Positions 1-10,168 are shown, numbered from the stretch's first letter. The stretch: DNA of 64,000 bases from a bacterium (GCA_963674965.2 CAXXFL010000002.1:672001-736000), one strand, 5' to 3'. Numbers and translations: made by a program. Notes: generated from the sequence alone by a model not told the origin.

Positions 1-1422
1 TCCAAAAAAGAAATGGGCTTTGGCCGCATGGCCGCGAGAATGGCATATTTCCTTTTTGGCCTTCTTTTAACCATCGCCCCCGCGACCGTTCACAACTATA
101 TCGTGAGCCGGGAGTTCATTCTCATATCCGCCAACGGGGGGGCCAACTTCTGGATCGGCAATAATCCCGACTGGCGCGAGACCGTCTCCATCAGGCCGGG
201 ACTGGAATGGGGCGACCTGATGGCCGAGCCTTACCTGGCGGGATACGACTCACCCGGAGAGAGGTCATCCTATTGGACGGCCAAAACCATCAAATATATA
301 AAGGACGATCCCCTCGGATGGATTCGGTCCCTCGCCGTGAAGACCGGCCAGTTCTTCCGCGGCCACGAGTATCAAAGGAACGTGGACCTTTATTCGTACC
401 GGAAGTATTCCAGGCTTCTTTCCCTGCTGCTCTGGAGAGGACCTCTGGGATTTCCCTACGGTCTTCTCGCGCCCCTGGCCTTTTTGGGCATGATCGTGTC
501 CCTTCGCGAACCCACCCGGGAAAGGACCCTCCTTGTACTCTACATGTCGTTTTATAGCTCGTCGGTGGCGCTCTTTTTCGTGGCCTCCCGCTATCGGGCG
601 CCGTTAATTCCGGTCATGGCGGGCATGGCCTGTTTTTTCGCGGTCAGGATGATCGAATGGATAAAGGCGCGCGAAACAAAGCGGGTGATTTTCTGGGTCT
701 CGGCGGCCCTTTTGGGAATAGTCGTCTGCAATTGGGGGGCATCCCATATTCCCGGCCCTCCCCCCGCGGATATCCACCTTTTCCTGGGCCATTCGTACGC
801 GGACGCGGGGCAAGTATCACGGGCCATCGGAGAATACGAGAAGGCCATCGAGCTGGCCCCGGACTCACCCGACGCCCGGCTCAACGCCGGGATAGGATAC
901 CTCCTGACCGGGAGGAGGGAAGAAGCCCGGAAGGCTTTTCTCCTGGCCCAGCGACTTCGGCCCTCGAGTCCGATGACCCTGGCCTTCACTCGCCAGTACC
1001 TTGGTTCCATGGCGGGGGAGGAAGGGGACTATCAGTCGGCGGCCGCCTTATATCGAGCCGCTCTCGAGGCATATCCTTACCAGTTGGAAGCCGCCCTCAG
1101 CCTGGCAAACCTGCTGGTTCGAGTTGGACAAGAACGCGAGGCCCGAGCGGTTATCACGGACATGATCGCAAAGTACCCCCGCCGCGCAGCCCCCCGGGCG
1201 CAAATGGGAAGGATCGAAAGCCGGGCCGGCAACGTTAAGGCGGCGATCGACTGTTTCTCCCAGGCCTCGAGGTTTTCTCCCTCCAACCCCGACTACATGA
1301 TCGAGCTTGCCGCCGAGCACCTTAAAGCGGGAGAAAAAGACAAAGCCTCGCGGCTTTTGGACAAGGCGGAAAAGATAAACCCGGCGGACGCGAGAATAAA
1401 GTCCCTGAGAAAATCAATATAA
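1..1422 (+). CDS. Membrane glycosyltransferase-like (GT-C/ArnT-PMT-like) protein with C-terminal TPR repeats, probably 5'-truncated
   Basis: Frame is open to the window edge. Contains NGGANFWIGNNP and FFVASRYRAP motifs typical of this family, several TM helices, then multiple TPR units. Confidence 0.75.
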   Translation, partial: SKKEMGFGRMAARMAYFLFGLLLTIAPATVHNYIVSREFILISANGGANFWIGNNPDWRETVSIRPGLEWGDLMAEPYLAGYDSPGERSSYWTAKTIKYIKDDPLGWIRSLAVKTGQFFRGHEYQRNVDLYSYRKYSRLLSLLLWRGPLGFPYGLLAPLAFLGMIVSLREPTRERTLLVLYMSFYSSSVALFFVASRYRAPLIPVMAGMACFFAVRMIEWIKARETKRVIFWVSAALLGIVVCNWGASHIPGPPPADIHLFLGHSYADAGQVSRAIGEYEKAIELAPDSPDARLNAGIGYLLTGRREEARKAFLLAQRLRPSSPMTLAFTRQYLGSMAGEEGDYQSAAALYRAALEAYPYQLEAALSLANLLVRVGQEREARAVITDMIAKYPRRAAPRAQMGRIESRAGNVKAAIDCFSQASRFSPSNPDYMIELAAEHLKAGEKDKASRLLDKAEKINPADARIKSLRKSI

Positions 1423-1507
1423 AGCGACAAGGGAAGCTCCTCAGAGCGGGAATCAGTTTTTAACCTTGACAATCGTCCTTGGGGAAGCGAGACTAAATAT
1501 CGTTACC

Positions 1508-2014
1508 ATGAAGGAAAAAACACTTTTCTGGCTGGTCTTCTCGGCGCTATTACTGGTGGTCGCGGCCGTGTTCGCGCCCGCTTTGGCGTCCCCTTTCGGT
1601 GGCTCTCCTTTTGTCGAATCGGCCTCGAGAGGGGCATTTAGGAAAATCTGCCACCAGGACCCGGAAAGAAGCTTTATATTATTCGGCGAGCACTTGGCGG
1701 TCTGCGCCAGATGCACGGGTATATATACGGGAGCTCTCCTTGGCTGGGCCGCCCTAATATTCATCAAGGACGAGCGGAAAAACCGCCCCGTTCCGAACTG
1801 GTTTTTAATCGCGGGGTTCTTGCCCCTTGCCCTGGACGGGGCCGCCAATCTGGTTGGAATATTTCAGACCCCATCATGGATCAGATGCCTTACGGGACTG
1901 GCCATGGGGGCAACGTCCTCCCTGTCCATCTGGCCCGCGGCCAGGGACGCGTGGACCTATCTCATGTATGACATGGAGCGGGAAAATACCGAGGGGACAA
2001 AAGAGGCGGGATAA
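1508..2014 (+). CDS. DUF2085-family membrane protein
   Basis: ICHQDPERS and VCARCTGIY motifs, LALDG, hydrophobic helices. Confidence 0.85.
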   Translation: MKEKTLFWLVFSALLLVVAAVFAPALASPFGGSPFVESASRGAFRKICHQDPERSFILFGEHLAVCARCTGIYTGALLGWAALIFIKDERKNRPVPNWFLIAGFLPLALDGAANLVGIFQTPSWIRCLTGLAMGATSSLSIWPAARDAWTYLMYDMERENTEGTKEAG

Positions 2015-2045
2015 ATAAAAGGGGAAAAGGAAGGAGAGACGGCGC

Positions 2046-2939
2046 ATGAAGGAAGGCTATGTAAAAGCAATGTTGATCGGCGGGCTGATCGCGGGGTTTC
2101 TGAACGTTATTCCCGTGCTCAATTGTTGCTGTTGTCTATGGACTATCCTGGGCGGCGTGATCGGCTCGTATATTTACGTCAACTCCGCCAGGCAATGGCC
2201 CACCGACGGGGACGGAGTCGTGATCGGCGTCGGGGCCGGGGTCATATCTGGCGTGATGTACGGCTTCTACACCCTGGCCATGCGGCTGGTCTTCACGCCC
2301 GAGACGATGATGCGGATCATGGACCAGATATTGGTCAACATGCCTCCCGAGGCGGCCGAGCAATTCCGGCAGGCCATGGAGCAGCAGTATCAGACCGGCA
2401 TAGCCGCCACCCTTGTCAGCATTGTCATATATCTTGTCGTCATCATGGGAGTCTCGGCCCTGGGCGGCTATCTGGGCATGACTTATTTCCGTCCCAAGCG
2501 CTTTGGTCCCCGTCCTCCCGGCGCTCCCATGGCCCCGGGCGGCTACTATCCGGGAGGGCCCGCCGGACCGGGAATGCCCGGGCAGGGTTACGGGTATCCC
2601 GGGCAGGGAGGGCCGCCCCCAGCCCAATACGGTGGCGCGCCCGGCGCGGGCTATGGGCAAGCCCCTCCCCCGCAATGGGGACAGCAGCCCGCCCCGGTCG
2701 CGCCCCTGGCTCCCATGGCCCCCCCGCCCCAACAGGCGGCTCCAAGCCCACAGCCGGCCACCCCGGCCCCGCCGCCTCAACCAGCGGCGCCGGCGGCGCC
2801 ACCAATGGCTCCGGCCCCTCCCACGCAACCGGCCGCTCCGGCTCCCGCTCCCCAGCGGGCCGAGCCGGCCGAGGGGCCCAAACCATCGGGCGGGGGCTCG
2901 GACGACGACGATATTTTCAAGCCTCCCACCGGCGGGTGA
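2046..2939 (+). CDS. Hypothetical membrane protein (about 4 TM, NCCCCLW motif) with Pro/Gly/Gln/Ala-rich C-terminal tail
   Basis: AAGGAG RBS; hydrophobic N-terminal half; low-complexity tail. Confidence 0.75.
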   Translation: MKEGYVKAMLIGGLIAGFLNVIPVLNCCCCLWTILGGVIGSYIYVNSARQWPTDGDGVVIGVGAGVISGVMYGFYTLAMRLVFTPETMMRIMDQILVNMPPEAAEQFRQAMEQQYQTGIAATLVSIVIYLVVIMGVSALGGYLGMTYFRPKRFGPRPPGAPMAPGGYYPGGPAGPGMPGQGYGYPGQGGPPPAQYGGAPGAGYGQAPPPQWGQQPAPVAPLAPMAPPPQQAAPSPQPATPAPPPQPAAPAAPPMAPAPPTQPAAPAPAPQRAEPAEGPKPSGGGSDDDDIFKPPTGG

Positions 2940-3122
2940 GGTTTTGGATAAAAAATCAAGCCGCGCCTTTATTTACGAGGCCCGGAGTCAAGTGGGGCCG
3001 TCCTTGGAGCCGGTGTTGGGACTTGAAGGTTTTAATGGTATATTTAATATTCGAGCAATAAGGCAGCGGCGACTTCCGGGGGAATGCTCGTCGTCCCATC
3101 AGCGTTGAATCGGGAGGATAAA

Positions 3123-5117
3123 ATGGGCAAAGGTTACATGGGAAAGATACTATGGGTCGACCTTGGCAGGGGCGAGATGAAAGACGAGGTTATTCCGGAC
3201 GAGATATATAAAAAGTTTCTCACCGGATACGGCCTCGGGGCCAAGCTCCTGTACGACCGCGTGCCTCCCGGGGCCGACCCGATGGGGCCGGACAACATCC
3301 TGGGCATCCTATCCGGCGTGCTCACGGGAACGGGCGCCCTCTTCTCGGGCCGCTTCGAGGTCGTGTGCAAGTCTCCCCTTACCGGCGGTTGGGGCGACGC
3401 CAACTGCGGCGGTTACCTGTCACCCGCCATCAAGCGGGCGGGCTATGACGGCGTATTCTTCCAGGGCGTCTCGGAGAAGCCGGTTTACCTTCTCTTGACC
3501 GATGAAAAGGCGGAATTAAAGGACGCCTCCCACGTGTGGGGCAAGGACACGGTCGATACGGAGCGCCTGCTCAAGGAGGAGAACGCGGACGTTAAAAGGG
3601 CCCAGGTCGCCTGCGTCGGTCCGGCGGCCGAAAACAAAAGTCTCATCGCCGGGGTCTCGAACGACGGCGGGCGTTTCGCGGCGCGCTCGGGCGTGGGCGC
3701 GGTGATGGGGTCCAAAAGACTTAAAGCCATCGTGGTCTCGGGCAAGGCCAAGGTCGAGTCCAGCGACTCCGAGGGCATCAAGAAACACTCGAAGGACCTG
3801 GGCAAAAGCCTTAACAAGGCCGACTTCCTGCAAAAGGTCCTGAGCGGGACCCTGGTCAAGATACTGGGCAAGGTCACGCGTCTCAACCCCGTGGCCATGG
3901 CCAACCCCGGAGACTTCTGGTGCCAGAACCTGAAAAAGTACGGCACCATGGGCATCACGGCCATGAGCGCGGAGACGGGCGACAGTCCCATCAAGAACTG
4001 GAGCGGCGCCGGCCATATCGATTTTCCACTCAAGCGGGGAACCAAAATCAGCGACGAGTCGGTGCTCAAATATCAGGCGAAAGGCTATGGCTGCTTCTCC
4101 TGCCCGGTAAAGTGCGGGGGCATCATGAAAGTTGAAGACGGTCCCTACCCTCTCGAGGAAAGTCACAAGCCCGAGTACGAAACCCTTTGCGCCTTTGGCG
4201 CCCTTTGCCTGGTGGACGACGTGCACGCCATCCTCAAGCTGAACGACATGTGCAACCGGGGCGGTCTCGACTCGATCAGCGCCGGCGGCGTGGTGGCCTT
4301 TACCATCGAGTGCCTGGAGAACGGGATACTGACTAAGGACGACGTGGGCGGCCTGGACCTGGGCTGGGGCAAGGCCGAGCCCATGATCGATCTCCTCGAG
4401 ATGATTATCCACCGCGAGGGCATCGGCGACGTTCTGGCCGACGGGGTCAAGCGGGCGGCCGAGCGCATCGGCAAGGGCTCGGAGAAGTTCGCGGTTCACG
4501 CGGGCGGCCAGGAGCTTCCCATGCACGATCCCAAGTTCGACCCTCCCCAGGGCGTGGCCTATGAAGTCGAGCCCACCCCGGGCCGCCATACCATCTCGAG
4601 CCTGGTCTGGCAGGAGCTTATCCAGATGAACCGCTACGACAAGAACGCGGACAAGGTCAAGCCCATGGAGACGAAGAAGGCCAGAATCCGTCCTCACGGC
4701 CGGGCCAAGAACCAGGCCGTCAACTCGAGGCTGATGCAGGTGGTCAACTCCTCGGGCGTTTGCATGTTCGGTCTTACCTGCGGGCCCAAGTACCCCCTCT
4801 TCGAGTATCTTAACGCGGCCACGGGCTGGTCCCTCTCCGACGAGGACTACATGATGACGGGCGAGAGGATCGAGACCATACGCCACGCCTTTAACCTGCG
4901 CGAGGGCATCCGGTACAAGGACACCAAGATGCACCGCCGGGCCTCGGGTGAGGAGGTCATGGAAAAAGGTCCGCACAAGGGGGTGACCATCGACGCCGAG
5001 ACCATGGCCAGGGAATTCTACCAGGAGATGGGATGGGACTTCGAGACCGGAAACCCCACGCGGGAAAGACTCGAGAAACTCGGGCTGGACGAAGTTATCA
5101 AGGACATATACGGCTGA
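3123..5117 (+). CDS. Aldehyde:ferredoxin oxidoreductase family protein (W/Mo-pterin)
   Basis: GYMGKILWVDL, KSPLTGGWGDANCGG, AARSGVGAVMGSKRLKA, CxxCxxxC, PEYET, MHDP; GGAGG RBS. Confidence 0.95.
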   Translation: MGKGYMGKILWVDLGRGEMKDEVIPDEIYKKFLTGYGLGAKLLYDRVPPGADPMGPDNILGILSGVLTGTGALFSGRFEVVCKSPLTGGWGDANCGGYLSPAIKRAGYDGVFFQGVSEKPVYLLLTDEKAELKDASHVWGKDTVDTERLLKEENADVKRAQVACVGPAAENKSLIAGVSNDGGRFAARSGVGAVMGSKRLKAIVVSGKAKVESSDSEGIKKHSKDLGKSLNKADFLQKVLSGTLVKILGKVTRLNPVAMANPGDFWCQNLKKYGTMGITAMSAETGDSPIKNWSGAGHIDFPLKRGTKISDESVLKYQAKGYGCFSCPVKCGGIMKVEDGPYPLEESHKPEYETLCAFGALCLVDDVHAILKLNDMCNRGGLDSISAGGVVAFTIECLENGILTKDDVGGLDLGWGKAEPMIDLLEMIIHREGIGDVLADGVKRAAERIGKGSEKFAVHAGGQELPMHDPKFDPPQGVAYEVEPTPGRHTISSLVWQELIQMNRYDKNADKVKPMETKKARIRPHGRAKNQAVNSRLMQVVNSSGVCMFGLTCGPKYPLFEYLNAATGWSLSDEDYMMTGERIETIRHAFNLREGIRYKDTKMHRRASGEEVMEKGPHKGVTIDAETMAREFYQEMGWDFETGNPTRERLEKLGLDEVIKDIYG

Positions 5118-5123
5118 TCCGTC

Positions 5124-5423
5124 ATGTTCGGAAAGAAGAAACAGGTCAAGGTCAGGGTCAAGGTGGCCGGGTTCATCGACCGGCGCATGATCACGGAGGA
5201 ATTCGATTTCGAGGCCCCCGAGAAGACCAGCGTCAAGAAGCTGTTCGGCCTTATCGACAAGTCGGGACCGATCAAGGGAGGTGTGATGAGGCGCATGCTG
5301 GGTCTTCCCAAGCCTCCGGCCATCCTGATAAACGGCGACGGCATCGACCTTCCCGGCGGCCTGGGCCGTTCGATCGGCGAGGGTGACGAGATATCGATCA
5401 TGACGCCCATGGGGGGCGGATAA
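5124..5423 (+). CDS. MoaD/ThiS-family sulfur carrier
   Basis: Ubiquitin-like size, ILING...GDEISIMTPMGGG with C-terminal GG; directly downstream of the AOR gene. Confidence 0.85.
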   Translation: MFGKKKQVKVRVKVAGFIDRRMITEEFDFEAPEKTSVKKLFGLIDKSGPIKGGVMRRMLGLPKPPAILINGDGIDLPGGLGRSIGEGDEISIMTPMGGG

Positions 5424-5457
5424 AAATAACCGCGGACTCTTTCGAAGGAGGAGTAAC

Positions 5458-6291
5458 TTGAAGGAGGAGGAAGGCAAGCTGGCCGGCGCCGGCGGGGTCG
5501 AGATTTACTGGCGGGGCTGGATTCCCGACACCATTCGGGGCGTGTGCCTTATAAGTCACGGTCTGGGCGAGCATATAGGCAGGTACGCGGGCGTGGCCGA
5601 GGCGCTTTGCAAGGAGGACGTGGCGGCCTTTGGCCCGGACCACCGGGGCCACGGCAAGTCCGGCGGCAAGCGCGGCCACGTGAACTCCTTTTCCGAGTAC
5701 ACCTCGGACCTGGATTCCTTCCGCGGCCAGTTGGAGGAAAGGTTCGGCGAGTTGCCCATATTCCTTCTCGGCCACAGCATGGGCGGACTCATCGCCGCGA
5801 CCTACGCCACCACCCACTCGGCCGGTTTGGACGGGCTCATACTTTCCTCGGCCGCCCTCAGGGTGGAGGTGAACGAGCCCGCCATCAAGCTGGCCGTCGG
5901 AAGACTGGCCTCCAAGCTCTTGCCCTCCCTGACCATGGGAAACGGGCTGGACTCGAATTTCCTCTCACACGATCAGGCCGCGGTCAAGGATTATAACGAC
6001 GATCCCCTGGTCCACGACCGCGTGTCGGCCAGGTGGTTCACCGAGTTCACCGCCGCCATCGAGAACGTGCACGAGAAAGCGCGGGAGATAAACGTTCCCG
6101 TCCTGGTCATGCAGTCGGAAGAGGACCGGCTGGTGGCGCCGAGGGGAGCCGAGGAATTTTTCGACCGTCTGACCGTCGAGGACAAGACCCTGAAAATTTG
6201 GGAGGGGTTTTATCACGAGATGTTTAACGAGGTGGAAAAGGAAAAACCCATTTCCACCCTGGTAAACTGGATAGTCGAGAGGGTTTCCTGA
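5458..6291 (+). CDS. Alpha/beta hydrolase, lysophospholipase/monoglyceride lipase family
   Basis: HGLGEH, DHRGHGKS, GHSMGG nucleophile elbow, YHEMFNE; TTG start with GGAGGAG RBS. Confidence 0.92.
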   Translation: MKEEEGKLAGAGGVEIYWRGWIPDTIRGVCLISHGLGEHIGRYAGVAEALCKEDVAAFGPDHRGHGKSGGKRGHVNSFSEYTSDLDSFRGQLEERFGELPIFLLGHSMGGLIAATYATTHSAGLDGLILSSAALRVEVNEPAIKLAVGRLASKLLPSLTMGNGLDSNFLSHDQAAVKDYNDDPLVHDRVSARWFTEFTAAIENVHEKAREINVPVLVMQSEEDRLVAPRGAEEFFDRLTVEDKTLKIWEGFYHEMFNEVEKEKPISTLVNWIVERVS

Positions 6292-6325
6292 GCCGATTTG
6301 CGACTCGGGATTTCCGCTAATTGGA

Positions 6326-6865
6326 ATGCTTGCCAAAACAAACGGACTCGTCGCCTTGTCAATTCCCGCGATACATAGCCCCGTGAGACGCGCCCGCGGG
6401 GCTTTTGCCGCCTCGCTGGCGGCGGCCCTTTTTTTTCTGGCCGGCTCGACCTGCGACAGGCCCCCCGCCGTGCCCGACTCGGTCAAGGGACCGGCCGTGG
6501 TTATCAGGAACCAGGATGGACAGGACTGGACGGTCACGGTCGAGTTGGCGCGCACTCCACTTGAACGCCAAAAAGGACTCATGTGGAGGTGGTCCCTCCC
6601 GAAGGACCACGGCATGCTGTTCATTTTCGACGATCTCGCGGTTAGGTCGTTTTGGATGAAGAACACGAGGATTCCCCTCGACATGATATTCATCGGTCCA
6701 GATAATAGGATCGTGGGCATAGTCGAGAACGCCGAGCCTTACACGGAGACGAAAAGGATGGTGGAAAAACCCAGCAGATGGGTGCTCGAGGTCGCGGGAG
6801 GAGAATGCGCCACCCGCGGCGTCAAGGCGGGAGACCTCGTGTATTTCTTCAGGATCGGAGAGTAA
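6326..6865 (+). CDS. DUF192-family protein
   Basis: VELARTP..RQKGLM, GMLFIF, FWMKNTRIPLDMIFI, VLEV; start position uncertain. Confidence 0.9.
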   Translation: MLAKTNGLVALSIPAIHSPVRRARGAFAASLAAALFFLAGSTCDRPPAVPDSVKGPAVVIRNQDGQDWTVTVELARTPLERQKGLMWRWSLPKDHGMLFIFDDLAVRSFWMKNTRIPLDMIFIGPDNRIVGIVENAEPYTETKRMVEKPSRWVLEVAGGECATRGVKAGDLVYFFRIGE

Positions 6866-6868
6866 TCG

Positions 6869-9010
6869 ATGCCCAGGGAAATGGACCTCAGCGGCCAGTG
6901 GGAAATCCATCCCGTCAACAGGTTCGACGGCCAATACGACTCTCTCGTGAACTGGCGGGAGGCCAGGGTCCCCGGCCACTGGCAGGAGATACCCGAGTTC
7001 GAGAGGTACGCGGGCAAGATGGTCTACAGGAAGCGCTTCAAGTTCATGCCCGATCCCACGAAGCGCATGTTCCTTCGACTTAACGGGGCCTTTTACTGGA
7101 CCACCGCCTACCTTAACGGCTGCCGTCTCGGCTCGAACGAGGGTTATTTCTTTCCCGTCGAGCACGAGATATCGGGCCTCCTCCGAAAGGACAACGAGGC
7201 CGTCATCGAGGTGGATTGTCCCAACGAGGAGGACAAGTCCTACAAGCGCCAGTTGACCGGGGTCTTCCATCATTGGGATTGTATAGACCCTCGGACCAAT
7301 CCCGGCGGCATATGGCTTCCCGTCGAGATCGTCTCGACCGGCCCGGCCCGCTTGGCCGATCCCCTTTTTACCACCGCCTATATCGACGGCAAGTCATCCT
7401 ACGCCCGCATCATCGGGCGGGCCACCATCGACCTCGAGGCCGAGGCCAACCTGACCGTGAGGATTTCCTTTACGCCCCTCACCTTCGAGGGCGAAACCCA
7501 GGTTTTCGAGAGGAAGATATTCAAGTCGCGGGGATCGAGCGCGTATCACTATAACCTCGACCTCAAGGAACCCACGCTCTGGTGGACTCACGACCATGGC
7601 AAGCCCGACTTGTATACCCTGCGGGTCGAGGTGACGGTGGACGGGGAGGACTCGCCCTCCGACGCGTGGGAGACCTCATTTGGCGTCCGGACCTTCGAGA
7701 TGCGCGACTATATCGCCTATCTCAACGGAAGGCGGATGTATATCCGGGGCAACAACTATCCGCCCGGAGACGCGAGGATCGCCCGTGTCACTCCGGAAAG
7801 GGTGGCCGAGGACCTCGAGCTGGCTAAAAAGTGCAACCTCAACCTGCTCCGGGTCCACGCCCACGTGGACCATCCCGCCTTCTACCGGGCCTGCGACGAG
7901 AAGGGCATGCTCCTGTGGCAGGACTTTCCCATGCAGTGGTACTACCGGCCCGAGGTGGAGGACCAGGCGGCTCGGCAGGTCGAGCGGATGATTTTCCTCC
8001 TCGGCAGCCGCCCGTCCATCGGCGTCTGGTGCATGCATAACGAGCCCTTCCGCCTTTTCGACGTTCGCAAGCCCTTCGGTCCCATCTCGATCGGCAGGGC
8101 CGCGGCCTCGCTGCTTTTTTGGAACAGGAACCGCGACAAGATGGACAAGGACCTGGCCCGCAAGGCCCGTTTTCTCGATCCCCACCGTTTCACCACCAGG
8201 TGCTCGGGGGCGAGAGGACTTTTCCGCGAGACGGGTGACGCGCATTATTATTACGGCTGGTACATGGGACCGCTGCACTGGTTTCACCGCGTCTATAAAA
8301 AGCATCCGGAAAACCTCAAGTTCATTACCGAGTTCGGGTCCCAGTCCTTCCCGAACCTGGAAAACGCGATCAGGTTCATGCCCGCCCGCATCGAGGACGT
8401 GGACGTAAAGAAACTCGAGGCCCGCCACCATTTCCAGCGGCTGTTCATGTACATGTTTCCCCGGCCCAAGCTGAACATGAAAAGGTTCGCGTCGCTTTCC
8501 GAGTACATCCAGGCCACCCAGGATTATCAAAGCGAGCTTAACCGCTATCATATCGACAGGATACGGCGTCTCAAGTACAAGCCCGGCGGCGGCCTCGTGC
8601 CTTTTCTCCTGCTCGACTCGAACCCGGCCGTGCAGTGGTCGGTGATCGATTACTGGCGGACGCCCAAGTCCAGCTACTACGCCATGAAAAAGTGCATGAG
8701 CCCTGTTTACGCCTTTACCATCTTCGATAAGCCCTCCTATTCGAGAGGAAGCATCGTCTCGATCCCGGTTTACGCGGTGAACGACGGGTGGGAGGAAGCC
8801 CCCGTCGAGGTCCGGCTTATGGTCAAGTCGCCCGTGGGAGACGACGTGATCGACCGGACCTGGTCCGAGACGCTCCCGGCCGACTGCGAGGCCCTGGCGC
8901 TGGGCAACCCGGAGTTGAAGCTCAAGTGGTCGGGCGTGTACGACGTGAGGGTGGTGATGGGCGACTCGAGGGGCGTGTTCGAGAACGCCTACAAGCTCAA
9001 GGTCAGGTAA
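6869..9010 (+). CDS. Glycoside hydrolase family 2 (beta-mannosidase-like)
   Basis: HWD..NPGGIW, GVRT, RGNNY, LLRVHAH, WQDF, HNEP (acid/base) and TEFG (nucleophile); no signal peptide. Confidence 0.88.
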   Translation: MPREMDLSGQWEIHPVNRFDGQYDSLVNWREARVPGHWQEIPEFERYAGKMVYRKRFKFMPDPTKRMFLRLNGAFYWTTAYLNGCRLGSNEGYFFPVEHEISGLLRKDNEAVIEVDCPNEEDKSYKRQLTGVFHHWDCIDPRTNPGGIWLPVEIVSTGPARLADPLFTTAYIDGKSSYARIIGRATIDLEAEANLTVRISFTPLTFEGETQVFERKIFKSRGSSAYHYNLDLKEPTLWWTHDHGKPDLYTLRVEVTVDGEDSPSDAWETSFGVRTFEMRDYIAYLNGRRMYIRGNNYPPGDARIARVTPERVAEDLELAKKCNLNLLRVHAHVDHPAFYRACDEKGMLLWQDFPMQWYYRPEVEDQAARQVERMIFLLGSRPSIGVWCMHNEPFRLFDVRKPFGPISIGRAAASLLFWNRNRDKMDKDLARKARFLDPHRFTTRCSGARGLFRETGDAHYYYGWYMGPLHWFHRVYKKHPENLKFITEFGSQSFPNLENAIRFMPARIEDVDVKKLEARHHFQRLFMYMFPRPKLNMKRFASLSEYIQATQDYQSELNRYHIDRIRRLKYKPGGGLVPFLLLDSNPAVQWSVIDYWRTPKSSYYAMKKCMSPVYAFTIFDKPSYSRGSIVSIPVYAVNDGWEEAPVEVRLMVKSPVGDDVIDRTWSETLPADCEALALGNPELKLKWSGVYDVRVVMGDSRGVFENAYKLKVR

Positions 9011-9028
9011 ACGGAGCGGATTCATCGA

Positions 9029-10168
9029 ATGAGGATGTATACCAACAAAACGGCCCGCTTGAGAGACACGGCGCGCAAGGTGGCCAAGGCCCTTCGAGGC
9101 GAGGCCGAGAGCATAGACAAGATGGACGAGTTTCCGCCGGCCATGCTGGGCAAATTGTGGGACTCGGGCTTCATGACCATGGCCGCGCCCAGAGAGCTTG
9201 GCGGCGGCGGGTCCAGCTTGAACGAGATGGCCATCGTGATCGAGGAGTTGGCCAAGGGGTGCGGGTGCGCGGCGCTTATCGTCCTGCTCCAGGCCATGAG
9301 CCTCTCGGCCATCGCCATGCACGGCGCGGGTAAAAAGCGCGAGCAATGGGTTTCCCGGGTCATCGACGAGCGTTGGGTCCTTTCCTTCGCCCTTACCGAG
9401 GCCGACCCGGATCAGGGCAAGGGACCGTCATACACCACCGCGAAGAAAAACAAGTCCGAGTACGTGATAAGGGGCCGGAAGTCATTCGTCTCCGGAGCCA
9501 GGGACGCGGACGCCATCATAGTCTTCGCCGTCACCAATCCCAAGGCCGGGGTTAAGAAGGCCCTTACCGCCTTCCTGATACCGGCGGGCGCGACCGGCAT
9601 GCTGCCGGGCGTGGAGAAGTCACGGGCCGGACTTCGCGGCGCGCCGGCGGTGGACCTCGAGTTGGCGGGGGTCAAGGTCAAGACCGACTCCATCCTGGGA
9701 AAAAAGGGAGACGGTTACGCCATCGCCCAGCGGTCCATTTTGAAGTCCGCCCCCCTGGCCGCGGCCCTTTCCTGCGGGCTTTTGGACGAGGCCCTGGACT
9801 TGACCATTAAAAGGGCAAGGGAAATGGGCAGGGACCCGGCCCCCCTTTCCGAGTTCAGGGCCGTCGAGTTGTCCCTGGCCGAGATGGCCGCGTCCCTCGA
9901 CCGCGCCCGGGCCATGACCTGGATAAGCGCCGGGGCCATGGACGAGGGCCTCGAGGAGGGCGAGCGCCTTGCCCGCGAGGCCAAGTGGACCTCGACGGAG
10001 GACGCGGTCAAGGCCATCGACGAGGCGTCTTGCGTCTGGGGAGTAAGCGGTTCGATCAAGGGTTCTCCCCTCGAGCGCCTGGGCAGGGACGCTCGGGCCG
10101 CCCGTCTCATTCTCGGGCCCAACCATCTGCAGAAGATCGAGGTGGCCAGGAAACTTCTGGCCGGCTGA
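9029..10168 (+). CDS. Acyl-CoA dehydrogenase family protein (catalytic Glu apparently absent)
   Basis: PRELGGGG, FALTE, GRKSFVSG, GLRG, ERLGRDAR motifs. Confidence 0.85.
   Translation: MRMYTNKTARLRDTARKVAKALRGEAESIDKMDEFPPAMLGKLWDSGFMTMAAPRELGGGGSSLNEMAIVIEELAKGCGCAALIVLLQAMSLSAIAMHGAGKKREQWVSRVIDERWVLSFALTEADPDQGKGPSYTTAKKNKSEYVIRGRKSFVSGARDADAIIVFAVTNPKAGVKKALTAFLIPAGATGMLPGVEKSRAGLRGAPAVDLELAGVKVKTDSILGKKGDGYAIAQRSILKSAPLAAALSCGLLDEALDLTIKRAREMGRDPAPLSEFRAVELSLAEMAASLDRARAMTWISAGAMDEGLEEGERLAREAKWTSTEDAVKAIDEASCVWGVSGSIKGSPLERLGRDARAARLILGPNHLQKIEVARKLLAG

Noticed and set aside
2500-2900. Low-complexity GC repeats as a tandem-repeat element
   Set aside because: Explained by the Pro/Ala/Gln-rich coding tail.
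2940-3122. Possible Moco/Wco riboswitch upstream of the AOR gene
   Set aside because: Only a short CGAGCA/TGCTCG pairing; the conserved motif elements are not recognisable.
3516-5477. Long antisense ORFs (also 7676-9346, 16303-17436, 24743-26158, 60887-62581)
   Set aside because: They are shadows of GC-rich genes on the opposite strand and show no family motifs.
9010-9022. 13-mer AACGGAGCGGATT also found at 63505-63517
   Set aside because: A single short match of this length can arise by chance in 64 kb; no shared flanking structure.
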